Sequence record: NC_070950.1
Length of the DNA stretch: 64,000 nucleotides
Reading direction: 5' to 3' (one strand)
Shown here in pieces: positions 8,973-19,239 of this stretch. How positions within the stretch are numbered: the stretch's first letter is position 1; each line of letters starts with the position of its first letter. Position numbers and translations under genes: made by a program. Below the pieces are notes generated by a model, which saw only the letters and a list, made by a program, of their open reading frames with translations, was not told the origin of the DNA and did not search any database.

Positions 8973-11447
8973 ATGATCGTTAAGCTGATATTAAAAGGTT
9001 ACATTCCTTTGAACACCAAAGGAGTAGAATATTTTGAAACGGATCAATTGGGCTTAATGAATATCCTGATTGGACGCAATGGGCATGGGAAGAGTTCCAT
9101 ACTCAACGAGGCGTCGCCGATGCCTCCTGAAAACGCCGACTATGTAGAAGATGGCTATAAATACGTCGAAATAATTAATAAGGGAAAACGGTATTATTTG
9201 GAATCTTTCACGGGATCAAAAAGCAAACACTCGTTTAAAGATTCAGAAGGTAACGAACTTAATTCAGGCGGTACCCAAGCGGTACAAAAAGAACTGGTTA
9301 AACAGTATTTTGACCTCACCCCGTTGTACTTTAAAGTTCTTACTGCAATCAACGAAAACTATCGTTTCACGGCATTAGGGGTGGCAGAAAGGAAGTTCCT
9401 CTTAATGGACCTCTACCCTAACGATACCAAATACGCGCTGATTGTCTATAACAAAATCAAATCGGCGTATAGCGATACCGTAGGGGCGTTAAAGAACCAA
9501 AGTCAGAGATTGATTGAGGAACAGCAACGCGTAAGTGCCTTAGGAGGAAAAACCAAAGAAGAACTTCTTCACGATATTTCTCAGCTCGATAAACGCATTA
9601 ACGAAATTGTTTACCTGCAAGGAGAACTCAACGGAACTGCTAACGTTAGCGGGGATCTTCGTTTAGAAATTGAGGATTTCAATAGCAAAGTAAAATCTCT
9701 GCTCGTGATGGGAATGACCACAGGGACACTGTCACGTCAACAGTTAATAGCGAGCATTGAGAGTTTAAAAGCCTCGTTGGTTTATCACGAAACCCAGCAG
9801 AAGATGTATCAGACACAACTCAATGATATTTCATCCGCGATGAGTGGGCTAGAGTTGAAGGACCACGACCCTAAACAATTTGAAACGCAACTGTTGGATC
9901 TCGAGTATCGTCATGCCGTACTCGAAACGGTATTGAACGACTCGGAAGAACTCATCAAACGAGAACCGTTTATATCTGAACACCGGGAACGGCTGATTAA
10001 CCTCGCTCCTGGTTTTAGAACCTTGATAGATCGGATAAACTTAATCCCCCTTTGTTCTAATCCAGAGTTAACCACGAGTCAGTACCAAAACTGGTTAGAT
10101 AAGTCCGAACAGATTTTTAACGAAGGTAAACAATCCAGGGTTGAGTTGGAACACGTCCAACATCAACTCAAACATTATCGTGATGCTTCGGAAGTCCAGT
10201 GTCCTGAATGCTCTTCTCAGTTTAAACCTGGGTTCGATAAGACCTACGAATCTAAATTGATTAAACAGGAAGATGGATTAAAATCGACCATCGCTCATCT
10301 AACGAGTAAGTATAAGCAATACAAACAAACCCTCGCTTTGGATCAAGAATGGTTCAGTCAAATGAGGGCTTTGGAACAGTACGTAGAAAGCAGTCATGAA
10401 GCGAAATTCTTGCTTCATCTGTTAAGCGAGTATAAGGTAGGTTATGAACCAGCCGATAGGCTCATAAACGTCATTAAAACGCTCACTACGACGCTGGATT
10501 ATAAGAAACAACAGGATGCCTTGACCGAAGAAATAAACGTCTTAAAAACCCGTATAAACGTGTTTAAAACGAATAATATGGAAGAGGCTCTGGCCGCGTA
10601 CTCACTCAGCGAAGAAAGGCTGGGTGATAGTAATCGTGCAATTCGTCGTTGTATGACGTTGATGAGGGAGCATCAGAAGACCTTAAAGGATTATGACGCT
10701 TACGAAATAACGATTGATGCGGTCAGAGAAGGTCAGGCAAGAATCCTTGATTTGTTACGGGATGAGGGTAAAGTCAGTTTGCATAGAAGACTCAACGAAG
10801 TAATGTCAAGTCTTCTCCCTCAGAAAGATGAAGTCATGTCTCTGATGATCAGACAGGAGTCGTTAAAGACTCTGGTCGGGTCTATCGAAGATAACATCGC
10901 GAACCTTAAGAAAAGACAATCTGATCTTAAGATCTTGATGGACGGACTCTGCCCTAAGAAAGGATACATCGGGGAATTGATGAAGGACTTTATTACCGCG
11001 ATTTGTGCGAACATGAACGCGGTAATACGGGACATATGGAGTACGCCTCTCTTTGTTAAACCGTGTGTTAATAAGAAAGGTGAAATGGATTATAACTTCC
11101 CAGTTATTAATGGCGACTCTAGCAGAACAGCTTCTGACGTGGCTAAATGTAGCGGGGGAGAAAAGGAGATTATTAACTTCGCATTTCGGTTAGTTGTCTC
11201 TCGGTACGTGAAATACGACAGTCCTCTTTTCTTGGACGAGGTTGGCGTTAACATGGACGAATACCATCGAGGTCGATTCTTTGATTATGTCAAGCGGCTG
11301 ATGGCGACGGGTAAGATTGATCAGTGTTTTATGATCAGTCATTACTCTTCACAGTATGGGCTCATGGACAATGCCAACATTATTGCTTTAAATACAGAAG
11401 GTTTAACGGTTCCCCCTAACGTCAATCTCAGTACAACGATAAGGTAA
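8973..11447 (+). CDS. sbcC: SbcC/Rad50-like SMC ATPase (phiKZ gp165-like)
   Basis: Walker A GRNGHGKSS, coiled coils, Zn-hook CPEC, signature CSGGE, Walker B LFLDE, H-loop ISH. Start moved to ATG 8973 because the tool start at 8883 overlaps the spike gene. Confidence 0.9.
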   Translation: MIVKLILKGYIPLNTKGVEYFETDQLGLMNILIGRNGHGKSSILNEASPMPPENADYVEDGYKYVEIINKGKRYYLESFTGSKSKHSFKDSEGNELNSGGTQAVQKELVKQYFDLTPLYFKVLTAINENYRFTALGVAERKFLLMDLYPNDTKYALIVYNKIKSAYSDTVGALKNQSQRLIEEQQRVSALGGKTKEELLHDISQLDKRINEIVYLQGELNGTANVSGDLRLEIEDFNSKVKSLLVMGMTTGTLSRQQLIASIESLKASLVYHETQQKMYQTQLNDISSAMSGLELKDHDPKQFETQLLDLEYRHAVLETVLNDSEELIKREPFISEHRERLINLAPGFRTLIDRINLIPLCSNPELTTSQYQNWLDKSEQIFNEGKQSRVELEHVQHQLKHYRDASEVQCPECSSQFKPGFDKTYESKLIKQEDGLKSTIAHLTSKYKQYKQTLALDQEWFSQMRALEQYVESSHEAKFLLHLLSEYKVGYEPADRLINVIKTLTTTLDYKKQQDALTEEINVLKTRINVFKTNNMEEALAAYSLSEERLGDSNRAIRRCMTLMREHQKTLKDYDAYEITIDAVREGQARILDLLRDEGKVSLHRRLNEVMSSLLPQKDEVMSLMIRQESLKTLVGSIEDNIANLKKRQSDLKILMDGLCPKKGYIGELMKDFITAICANMNAVIRDIWSTPLFVKPCVNKKGEMDYNFPVINGDSSRTASDVAKCSGGEKEIINFAFRLVVSRYVKYDSPLFLDEVGVNMDEYHRGRFFDYVKRLMATGKIDQCFMISHYSSQYGLMDNANIIALNTEGLTVPPNVNLSTTIR

Positions 11448-11451
11448 TACC

Positions 11452-11736
11452 ATGTTGACCTTTACCACCACGGTGCGTAACAAAGCCGATAAGCTCGCAG
11501 CGGAACTCGATAAGGTTATCAGTAACTCATCGATAAACACCCGTAAAGCGACTTGGTTATTGCGTTACGCCAATGTCATTAACTACGCAAACGTCAATGG
11601 ATTAAAATTAGTTGAATTCAATACCAGAGCCGAAACTATTCGCAAATGGATAGCGACGGGGCATGTTTTCTTTGAGGGTAACAAAGCCATCTCTCTTGAA
11701 GAAATCGGTATGGATTTCAATACCGGTCGCCGGTAA
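11452..11736 (+). CDS. Hypothetical protein
   Basis: 94 aa ORF 4 nt after the sbcC stop. Confidence 0.75.
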   Translation: MLTFTTTVRNKADKLAAELDKVISNSSINTRKATWLLRYANVINYANVNGLKLVEFNTRAETIRKWIATGHVFFEGNKAISLEEIGMDFNTGRR

Positions 11737-11747
11737 AATAAGACAGA

Positions 11748-11757
11748 TCTATATTAT
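11748..11757 (+). promoter_or_regulatory. Putative phage-RNAP early-type promoter motif
   Basis: TCTATATTAT. Recurs intergenically at 25005, 43415, 45036 and 53125, and resembles the phiKZ early consensus TATATTAC. Confidence 0.45.
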
Positions 11758-11826
11758 CTTAGAGAACCGTGAAGGGTGTCTCATTTTCTCTTACACCCTT
11801 CACTTTTTACTACGAGGAAATAAAAA

Positions 11827-12495
11827 ATGAAGACCGCATTTGGTTTAATGTTCATTCTTATCATGGGGATAAGTAGCGCATTCGCATCAGTGAGTACATC
11901 TCAGTCGGATTACCACTATTTTAATAAACAGAAAACTTATATTTTCGAAGCATCCAAACTTACGGGGATCTCCCCTGAATTAGTTACCGCAATAGGTTCC
12001 ATTGAAAGTGGCCTGGGGCGTAATAAAGTTAATCGGTATTCTAAAGTCAAAGGTGTGATGCAAACCACCAAGCGGACTTATAACTCTAACCTTAAGAAAC
12101 ACCACGAAAGACTTGGGTTATCTCCTAACGCTTCTATCAAAAACGATAGAGCAAATATCTTAGTTGCTACCGCAGCATTAGCAGATAACAAACGTTACTT
12201 AGAGAAAGTCACGAATAAAAAAATCACAGATGGGGATGTGTTCATTTCTCATCTGGTAGGTTTAGGTGGCGCAGCTAAAATAATCAAAGGTAAACCCAAC
12301 GCCCCTATAAGCCGTTATATCACGCTTCATAAAGGTAACATGCGACTCTATACTGACAAAGGACGGGTATTGACCGTGGCGCAGTTTAGGAGGAATATGG
12401 ATCGGTTGGTAAAGAGAGAAAGCGCGAAGTATGCCGTGGTTATCAATCAGAACAAGTTGGATCGTTTGATAACAGCTGTCGCGTATAATCAATAA
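11827..12495 (+). CDS. Lytic transglycosylase (SLT family) with signal peptide
   Basis: SPELVTAIGSIESG (catalytic Glu) and GVMQ motif. N-terminus is K plus a hydrophobic core plus an AFA cleavage site. Confidence 0.8.
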   Translation: MKTAFGLMFILIMGISSAFASVSTSQSDYHYFNKQKTYIFEASKLTGISPELVTAIGSIESGLGRNKVNRYSKVKGVMQTTKRTYNSNLKKHHERLGLSPNASIKNDRANILVATAALADNKRYLEKVTNKKITDGDVFISHLVGLGGAAKIIKGKPNAPISRYITLHKGNMRLYTDKGRVLTVAQFRRNMDRLVKRESAKYAVVINQNKLDRLITAVAYNQ

Positions 12496-12585
12496 ATTTC
12501 CACCGATCGAATCCTTTATATAGGAGGATGTTTACTGTGGGTTGAGCGTGGTAACTTAACCCACTCTTTTTAAAGAGGCAGTATT

Positions 12586-12843
12586 GTGAACAAGACAATG
12601 CAATTTTCCCTTAACGACAAAGGGGTTTTAGTACAAGACGACAACGGTAACATTCCCGTTCAAATTATTGAAAATCAGACTGAGGACGGGCGTAAAACAG
12701 CCGCTATCGTATTCGGTGGAGAAACCCAAGGTTTCGCTTGTTTCGATTCTAATCAGAATAAACCGATAAGCGTAATCCCCTCCAAACCGTTTCAAGATCC
12801 AAATCTCGATGAATCGCTGTACAATATTTGTAAAGCCATCTGA
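12586..12843 (+). CDS. Hypothetical protein
   Basis: 85 aa, GTG start, GAGG RBS. Confidence 0.65.
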   Translation: MNKTMQFSLNDKGVLVQDDNGNIPVQIIENQTEDGRKTAAIVFGGETQGFACFDSNQNKPISVIPSKPFQDPNLDESLYNICKAI

Positions 12844-12847
12844 TTTA

Positions 12848-12872
12848 ATAGGGGAGGTTCTTCCTCCCCTAT
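12848..12872 (+). terminator. Intrinsic terminator
   Basis: ATAGGGGAGG-TTCTT-CCTCCCCTAT. Confidence 0.7.
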
Positions 12873-12902
12873 CCCTTATACCGCATTTTCGGAATTCTAA
12901 GA

Positions 12903-13313
12903 ATGAATAAAAATGAAATTATTGACCTCCGTTTTGGTCGCAGCGAATTCAAAGTCAATGGGTATTTCGTAGCCTTTACTGCCGGGATGACTAAGCAATT
13001 CGGCAGGGTTGTTAAAATCGAATTTAAAATTAAAAACTCTGCCTCTCGTTTTAGGCTGATCGCTCACGCATTGACGGTTATTGAAGAAACCGATCTCATT
13101 CTTTTGCATGGCGGAGATTCAAATATTATGGAATTTGTACTCGACGCTTGTGAGCAAAGCAAGAGTATTGTTGAATACGGCGGTGAACAGTTCGAAGCCT
13201 TTAATGTTTTGGAACGTGCTATCAAAGAAGACCCCGTTAATTGGGAACGGATGTTAAGTAAAGTGCAGTCGTCCTTGTTAACTAATAGTCCTTTGAGACA
13301 ACATTATCACTGA
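12903..13313 (+). CDS. Hypothetical protein
   Basis: 136 aa ORF in a co-oriented run. Confidence 0.75.
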   Translation: MNKNEIIDLRFGRSEFKVNGYFVAFTAGMTKQFGRVVKIEFKIKNSASRFRLIAHALTVIEETDLILLHGGDSNIMEFVLDACEQSKSIVEYGGEQFEAFNVLERAIKEDPVNWERMLSKVQSSLLTNSPLRQHYH

Positions 13314-13332
13314 CTTTAGATGGGAGTGTGCT

Positions 13333-13803
13333 ATGGATACGACGGTTGCTTCAGAGATACCATTAGATCAGACCCCTCAGTACGCAGACGATGTAGAGTG
13401 CACGGATGCGTATATTTTTGAAACCGACGAAGACGGAGTAGGTTTAGAACTCGCTTTGTTCTCTCCCCTGCCCGATAGCTTTACTCCCGTATTAAGAATG
13501 GCTCTGGTCAAGTTGGATACCGCTATGCCTATTGACGGTATAGAGGGTTTATACCGGGATCTTGACCAGACATTTGTTAACAATTACATGACCGGGTATC
13601 TGGAAGATGATTTCGAACGCTTCTTTATCCATTTAGCGGAGCATCTAGAAAGATATGGCGGGGATACTCACCCGGCGATGATTGCGACGATTGAACAGAT
13701 AGCCTGCATGACTGAGATCTACGAGCTAAAGGATTTCAGAGAGTTCATTTACGGCGTGACCGTTATGGTCAAACTCTTTAATCCAGAACCCACCATCCAC
13801 TAA
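13333..13803 (+). CDS. Hypothetical acidic protein
   Basis: 156 aa, GGGAG RBS. Confidence 0.75.
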   Translation: MDTTVASEIPLDQTPQYADDVECTDAYIFETDEDGVGLELALFSPLPDSFTPVLRMALVKLDTAMPIDGIEGLYRDLDQTFVNNYMTGYLEDDFERFFIHLAEHLERYGGDTHPAMIATIEQIACMTEIYELKDFREFIYGVTVMVKLFNPEPTIH

Positions 13804-13811
13804 AGGTTTTT

Positions 13812-14438
13812 ATGGACACCAAATCCCCGGATTTTTATTTTGATTTAGACGACACCCTGACCGGCACCAACCCTTATTTATATCGCCGCGCTAAAACGTT
13901 TACTAAGCTGAATGGAGAACATGACGTTCACGACGTTCTCGTTCAATCAGAAAAGAATGGATTAACGACCCTACAACTACCTAAACCAATAGGTGATTAC
14001 ATTTTTACCCACTTCCTGGAAGACGGTAACTTTATGTTATCTGTTAACCGGTCTCCGTTATTAGAAGGGAATCTGGGTGCTTTTATTTGCTTGCTTAAAA
14101 CGATAAGAGCCAAAGGTGGGAAGGTAGGTGTTTGTACTCATCGCGGGTTTCATCCCAAAGCCAAGTCTTACTCCGAATATTGGCTAGATGCCAATATTGG
14201 AATGAAGTATTTTGACGAAGTTCATGTCCTCGACCCCAAGGCTCATCCTGATAAGCTGAAGTACCTCGAGACACAGTCAGAATCCTTTAAGTTGGTTGAT
14301 GATAATCCGTTCCATGATTTGAACAAAGTTCATCCCAGGGATAATCGAATCTTGCATTATAACGGGATTTCGGATTACTCAGGTTACCGCTTTCAACGCA
14401 AAGTCAAATCCGTTTCTGATATCATGCAATTGCTTTAA
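13812..14438 (+). CDS. HAD-superfamily phosphatase (5'(3')-nucleotidase-like)
   Basis: Motif I FYFDLDDTL, motif II VCTHRG, Lys motif DKLKYL, motif IV LVDDNP. Confidence 0.8.
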   Translation: MDTKSPDFYFDLDDTLTGTNPYLYRRAKTFTKLNGEHDVHDVLVQSEKNGLTTLQLPKPIGDYIFTHFLEDGNFMLSVNRSPLLEGNLGAFICLLKTIRAKGGKVGVCTHRGFHPKAKSYSEYWLDANIGMKYFDEVHVLDPKAHPDKLKYLETQSESFKLVDDNPFHDLNKVHPRDNRILHYNGISDYSGYRFQRKVKSVSDIMQLL

Positions 14439-14452
14439 ATTTAAACGATACC

Positions 14453-14482
14453 TACTATCTCTTGGGAAACCAAGAGATAGTA
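14453..14482 (+). terminator. Intrinsic terminator
   Basis: 13-bp stem TACTATCTCTTGG / CCAAGAGATAGTA with a GAAA loop. Confidence 0.75.
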
Positions 14483-14516
14483 AAACCACTATTTTTGCAT
14501 TTAGGAAATTTTTACC

Positions 14517-16421
14517 ATGAGAGAGCAACTAGCTGAACAAATCAGGTATCATAATAAACGTTATTTTTTAGATAACGATCCGGAAATATCCGACGATCAA
14601 TACGACGAATTAAAACGGCAATACGACGCGTTGGGCGGTAATAAAAGTACTTCCCCCATCTTGTTAGACATGGAGGGGAGTGCTCTGCACAAGGTAGGGT
14701 TAGACATCCCCATGCTATCTTTATCTAAGAAATTGAACTTATCGGAATACGAAGCCTGGGAATCCGATTACGAAGATAAGGATAAATATCATTCTTACAA
14801 ACTGGACGGTCTGGCGATTGAAGCCTGTTACGAGTTTGGTTTGTTGACTAAACTCCGTACACGAGGAGATGGGTTAACTGGCGAAGATATCTTAGATAAT
14901 GCCGGGGTCTTCTCACCAGATCAACTCCCTTTAGAAAATCCAGCTTTAAAGGATTTCCACCGAGTTTGGTTACGAGGGGAAGGGTATGTCAGACTCGACG
15001 ATCTGGTTGTTATCAATGAGATCAACGCCAAGAGTTATCCCAATTGTCGTAGTGCGGCATCGGGCCTTATTCGTAGAAATCCAAAAGACAACGAAGATCT
15101 GGCAGGTAAGATTTCTTATAACGTTTATTGGTGCAGTGAACGTTTTGGTTTAGAGACTTACTCCGCCGTTATGGATAAACTCCGTGACTTCGGTTTCAGT
15201 ACTGCCCCGGAATGTCAGTATGAAGACATTGTCAATAATAACCGTCCCCCACTTCTTCCTACTGACGGAATCGTTTCCGTTATCGATAGTTTTTCTGATC
15301 AAGATGAATTGGGTTCGACTAATGAATACCCTCGCTGGGGCGTTGCTTATAAGTTCCCCCCAGAGCAAGCGGAAACCATTGCCGAAAACGTTTCGTGGGA
15401 AACGGGTAGAACAGGTCGGGTCACTCCTGTCCTCACCTATAAGGCGGTCACATTAGGTGGTAACACAAATACGGAATGTTCTTTGTTTAATTATCGTCAC
15501 TTCATCAAAACGGGTGTGCGTAAAGGGAGTCGGATTATCATTGCCCGTAACGGTGACGTCATTCCTTATTTCGTTAAGGTTGTGGAAGCCGGATTAGGGG
15601 ATGAGTTTAAAACCCCTAAAGTCTGTCCGTCGTGTTCGTCCATCCTGATGTACGAAGGGAAAGACGAGAAGAACATCTTCTTAACCTGTAAAAATACCGC
15701 GGATTGTCCAGCGCAGCATATCCAGCGATTCATTAATTTTGTCAGTCGTAAGGGATTGGATATCAAAGGTTACGGCGATAAGATGATGGAGAAACATGTC
15801 GGGGAAGGGAAAGTCAGCACGCTTTCTGACATTCTTAACTTAGGAGAAATCCTTTCAGGGGAGGGTTTGGATAGGAATACTGAGAAGGTTATTGAGAAAC
15901 TCAATAACTTAGGAAGTTACCCGGCATATAAGGTACTGGGTGCTTTGGGTATTCCTGGTGTCGCCGAAGGAACAGCTAAACTCATTACCGCTCAAGTCGG
16001 CAGTGTGGAAGATCTAATCGCTCTGCTTAAAGACGTTAAACGTTTGCTGGAGATTGAAGGTGTTGGAGTGAGTACCGTAAATGAGATCCAATCGTTTTTA
16101 AGTAACCCGGCTCTCCTTACGGATGTCGAAAACGTACTGAATAAACTCACGTTAACATTTGAAAAAGGGCAAGAACACGATATCAAAGTTTGCGTTACCG
16201 GGGGGTTATCCATTCCGAGAAAAGCAGCAGAAGAGAAGTTCAATCTTTCTGGGATTGAGTTACTGGACGGTGTAACTAAAAAGATGGATGTTCTCGTCTT
16301 CGCACCTGGAGGGAGCCAGGGTAAGAAGGATAAAGCTATCGCCATGAATAAAGTGGTTATAGAAGCAACCGACGTTCACACTGTAGAACAAATTATCGAT
16401 CAAATATTAACAGCCATTTAG
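14517..16421 (+). CDS. ligA: NAD-dependent DNA ligase
   Basis: Domain Ia YHNKRYF..DPEISDDQYD, adenylation KLDGLA, RGEG, AYKFP, GRTGRVTP, Zn finger CPSC...C...DC, HhH repeats, BRCT-like end. Confidence 0.96.
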   Translation: MREQLAEQIRYHNKRYFLDNDPEISDDQYDELKRQYDALGGNKSTSPILLDMEGSALHKVGLDIPMLSLSKKLNLSEYEAWESDYEDKDKYHSYKLDGLAIEACYEFGLLTKLRTRGDGLTGEDILDNAGVFSPDQLPLENPALKDFHRVWLRGEGYVRLDDLVVINEINAKSYPNCRSAASGLIRRNPKDNEDLAGKISYNVYWCSERFGLETYSAVMDKLRDFGFSTAPECQYEDIVNNNRPPLLPTDGIVSVIDSFSDQDELGSTNEYPRWGVAYKFPPEQAETIAENVSWETGRTGRVTPVLTYKAVTLGGNTNTECSLFNYRHFIKTGVRKGSRIIIARNGDVIPYFVKVVEAGLGDEFKTPKVCPSCSSILMYEGKDEKNIFLTCKNTADCPAQHIQRFINFVSRKGLDIKGYGDKMMEKHVGEGKVSTLSDILNLGEILSGEGLDRNTEKVIEKLNNLGSYPAYKVLGALGIPGVAEGTAKLITAQVGSVEDLIALLKDVKRLLEIEGVGVSTVNEIQSFLSNPALLTDVENVLNKLTLTFEKGQEHDIKVCVTGGLSIPRKAAEEKFNLSGIELLDGVTKKMDVLVFAPGGSQGKKDKAIAMNKVVIEATDVHTVEQIIDQILTAI

Positions 16422-16431
16422 GAGAAAAGCA

Positions 16432-16758
16432 ATGCGAATTATTAAAATCGTAACTGTTTTTGTAGATGCGACTATGGAGGAGATCAAAGCGATCGTGAAA
16501 CAACACGTCGAGCGTAATTTATACGAAGATCATATCCTCGAATACAAAGAAGGTTCGGCCGTTTTCTTGGTTGCCGAAAACCAAGCCGGATTGGTTGCGA
16601 CCTCTTTGCAAGGCGCTTTCGATAATTCGGAATACACGCCTCGCTCTACGTTAACGGATACTGACAAGGGATTGATCGTATTGCGTTACACCAAACTCAC
16701 TGGGGACCTGCGCGCTTCTAACGGTACTCGTAATCAAGCCAAAGCCATGTTTAACTAA
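16432..16758 (+). CDS. Hypothetical protein
   Basis: 108 aa, AGGAG RBS. Confidence 0.75.
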   Translation: MRIIKIVTVFVDATMEEIKAIVKQHVERNLYEDHILEYKEGSAVFLVAENQAGLVATSLQGAFDNSEYTPRSTLTDTDKGLIVLRYTKLTGDLRASNGTRNQAKAMFN

Positions 16759-16773
16759 TCGGATATCAACAAA

Positions 16774-18054
16774 ATGACCAAAGAAACTAAAGCAGAAAAC
16801 AAATCTGACGTTATCTTTTTCGGAGATGAGAAAAAAGAGGCGGATGGATTTAAAGTTCGAGAGAAACAGATACAGGTTGCTAATCCTAAACGCGACTATC
16901 ATCTGATGATCGACGGAGAGGATAAAACTTCCGAATTAGTTGACGTGGATAAAGCGGGCATGGACGATTTCCAATTTCGGTTCGGATTCTTTATGTACAT
17001 CCGCGATAAAAACAAGAAGCTAAAAAGACTCTTTGAATACGGTTCTGCTGAGGGTTTGAAAGAGTTTACGTTTAAGCAATCTGATAAAGAATATCGGATC
17101 GTTTTAAGCAAGGGCTCCTCCGTGACACTTCAGACTAAATCTGGTGGCGGGATGTTCGATGAGGACTTCATGCCCATGGGAGAGGACGTCTCAGTGAACG
17201 ATTACCGATTACGTGATGCGTTCCACCCCTCTTTTAACCTTAAACCTGAGACAGGAAACAAAACTACTCTGGTAGTTCTTAACTCCACTGTTTCACTCAA
17301 ATATGTTTACGGGATTAATCTCGTTATCAATCAGGATATCACAGAAGGAACGCTGATATCCTCCTATGTTTACAATTCTCGGTATTCGGATTACCATAAG
17401 CTGGTTAACCCGACCATTGTGCGGTCAGAGATTGATGAAGGGTCGTTATCCGAATCACCTTATATTGTAAAAAGTGTTATTCGTGACTCCGGACTGAGAG
17501 GAAAGAGGGTTTCCGTCGTCAACTCTGTGTTTCTTAAAACCAGAATTAATGCCGAAGGTGGGATCACAGCAAGTAAAGTTAGTTTAGAAAACTCCAACAT
17601 CAGCTCCAGAAGTTCTAACGTAGATTTCGACGGGAGCTCTTTCAACGTTTACTCAGGCGTACAGCTTAATACGGTCGCCGGCGTTCTAATCAAACGTAAA
17701 GTAGATTTTTTAGAGTACTCCATCGGTGATGTCACTCTGATAGCGGTACGTAAAGGCGGGCTTTATCCTCGCACCTATGAATCCGACAAGGGTGTTGAAA
17801 TGATTATCTCGACACCTTATCGTTACGTCGATATTAGGGATGAAATTGTTGTTAGAGAGAAAGATTCCCGCAGTGAAATCACGGCTAAAGTAGCTAAGCT
17901 CATTTTCAATAGGGATACTGAACAGACTATTTATCAGGGTCCGTTCCAGAGTAACACTGTGGAGTCGACTATCGTTGAATCTTTCTCTGACGCCATTATG
18001 TCCCGTCTTCGTCTGTTGGGGATGATTGATACAGCTTTAAGTGTGGGGATTTAA
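16774..18054 (+). CDS. Hypothetical protein with a probable beta-solenoid segment
   Basis: 426 aa with repeated hydrophobic-x-x-S pattern (TIVRSEIDEGSL, YIVKSVIRDS, SLENSNISS). Confidence 0.7.
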   Translation: MTKETKAENKSDVIFFGDEKKEADGFKVREKQIQVANPKRDYHLMIDGEDKTSELVDVDKAGMDDFQFRFGFFMYIRDKNKKLKRLFEYGSAEGLKEFTFKQSDKEYRIVLSKGSSVTLQTKSGGGMFDEDFMPMGEDVSVNDYRLRDAFHPSFNLKPETGNKTTLVVLNSTVSLKYVYGINLVINQDITEGTLISSYVYNSRYSDYHKLVNPTIVRSEIDEGSLSESPYIVKSVIRDSGLRGKRVSVVNSVFLKTRINAEGGITASKVSLENSNISSRSSNVDFDGSSFNVYSGVQLNTVAGVLIKRKVDFLEYSIGDVTLIAVRKGGLYPRTYESDKGVEMIISTPYRYVDIRDEIVVREKDSRSEITAKVAKLIFNRDTEQTIYQGPFQSNTVESTIVESFSDAIMSRLRLLGMIDTALSVGI

Positions 18055-18057
18055 ACC

Positions 18058-18663
18058 ATGTTAAAAATTCGTTTCGAAGAATTAAAGACGTTTAACAAAC
18101 TCATTGTTAACGACTTTACCATTAAGGTCGATAAAGGCCACGAGAACCTTCCTGCTGAGCTTTACGAAGGTAAGACGCTCATCGCTACCATACCGACAAC
18201 AAAATCGTCCTCAGGCGTTCCTATTAAGCCTATGGGGTTATTCCCGTTCGTTACTTTAATGGCCATGGGTGGGGCTATTATCAGTCAACAGAAAGAAGGC
18301 GTCTTTGATAAACTCCAGGGTTTATCCGAAGAAATCTTTTCTCACGCGGTTCATCGTCAAACGATGGGGGAACAGTTCTGCGACGATCCTAAGAATCACA
18401 AGTACCTTCGTGTGTGCTTGGATAATGGGGCGTGGTCAACTGAGAAGGAAATCCAACCCGGTATTTTTGTGAATAACGAGTTTTACGTGTCGTCCAACGT
18501 TAATTCGAAAAATCAGCGTTTTATGAAGGTTATTTCTATAACCGACGTCGCCTCCCCTAATCGTAAAAATATCGTTAGGCAGGAACTCCGTCAGGTTTAC
18601 GTCTTCACTGTACCGTTTGGGGAATTCGGATTTAAACACGAATTGGTCCAGTCGATTAAATAA
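18058..18663 (+). CDS. Hypothetical protein
   Basis: 201 aa ORF 3 nt after the upstream stop. Confidence 0.75.
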   Translation: MLKIRFEELKTFNKLIVNDFTIKVDKGHENLPAELYEGKTLIATIPTTKSSSGVPIKPMGLFPFVTLMAMGGAIISQQKEGVFDKLQGLSEEIFSHAVHRQTMGEQFCDDPKNHKYLRVCLDNGAWSTEKEIQPGIFVNNEFYVSSNVNSKNQRFMKVISITDVASPNRKNIVRQELRQVYVFTVPFGEFGFKHELVQSIK

Positions 18664-18670
18664 CGTTGAG

Positions 18671-18692
18671 AGGGGAGATTAAGTTCTCCCCT
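18671..18692 (+). terminator. Probable terminator
   Basis: AGGGGAGA-TTAAGT-TCTCCCCT followed by ATTT. Confidence 0.6.
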
Positions 18693-18715
18693 ATTTAACC
18701 AACGAGGATAAGATT

Positions 18716-19237
18716 TTGGATCAAATTATTATCTACACCGACGGCAGTTGTCTTGAGAATAGCGCGGCCGGAGGACCGGGAGGATGGGCGTACATTATCG
18801 TAGGCAAGGATGAAAAATATTCGATAGAGCAAAACAAAGGTTATTTTAAAACCACAAATAACCGAATGGAAATGATGGCGTGTTTAGAAGCGTTATTGGA
18901 GTTCGATTACCCGAAAAGAATTATCATTCATACCGATAGCCAATATCTCATCGACGGGATGACCAAATGGATTTACGGTTGGAGAAAAAGGAATTGGGTG
19001 ACGGGTTACGGAGAAGCAGTTAAAAACAAAGACCTTTGGCAGGCGTTGATTGACGCAAGCAAATTTCATAAAGTCACCTACGTGAAAGTTAAAGCACACA
19101 ACGGCGATAAGTATAATGAACGTTGCGATGTTCTCGCTAAAGAAGCGGCGAGAAATCCAGAACTCGACGACGTAGGTTTCGTCCCCGTACACAACCCACC
19201 CAAAATTAAATATCCTTATTACTTTAGGAAAAGATAA
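18716..19237 (+). CDS. rnhA: Ribonuclease HI
   Basis: IYTDGSC...GPGGW, TTNNRMEMMA, TDSQY, VKNKDLWQ, KVKAHNG...NERCDVLAK. TTG start. Confidence 0.96.
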   Translation: MDQIIIYTDGSCLENSAAGGPGGWAYIIVGKDEKYSIEQNKGYFKTTNNRMEMMACLEALLEFDYPKRIIIHTDSQYLIDGMTKWIYGWRKRNWVTGYGEAVKNKDLWQALIDASKFHKVTYVKVKAHNGDKYNERCDVLAKEAARNPELDDVGFVPVHNPPKIKYPYYFRKR

Positions 19238-19239
19238 TC

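Noticed and set aside
12496-12585. tRNA-like fold in the intergenic gap
   Set aside because: It forms a single hairpin plus a T-tail, with no cloverleaf or T-loop consensus, so it is more likely a terminator.
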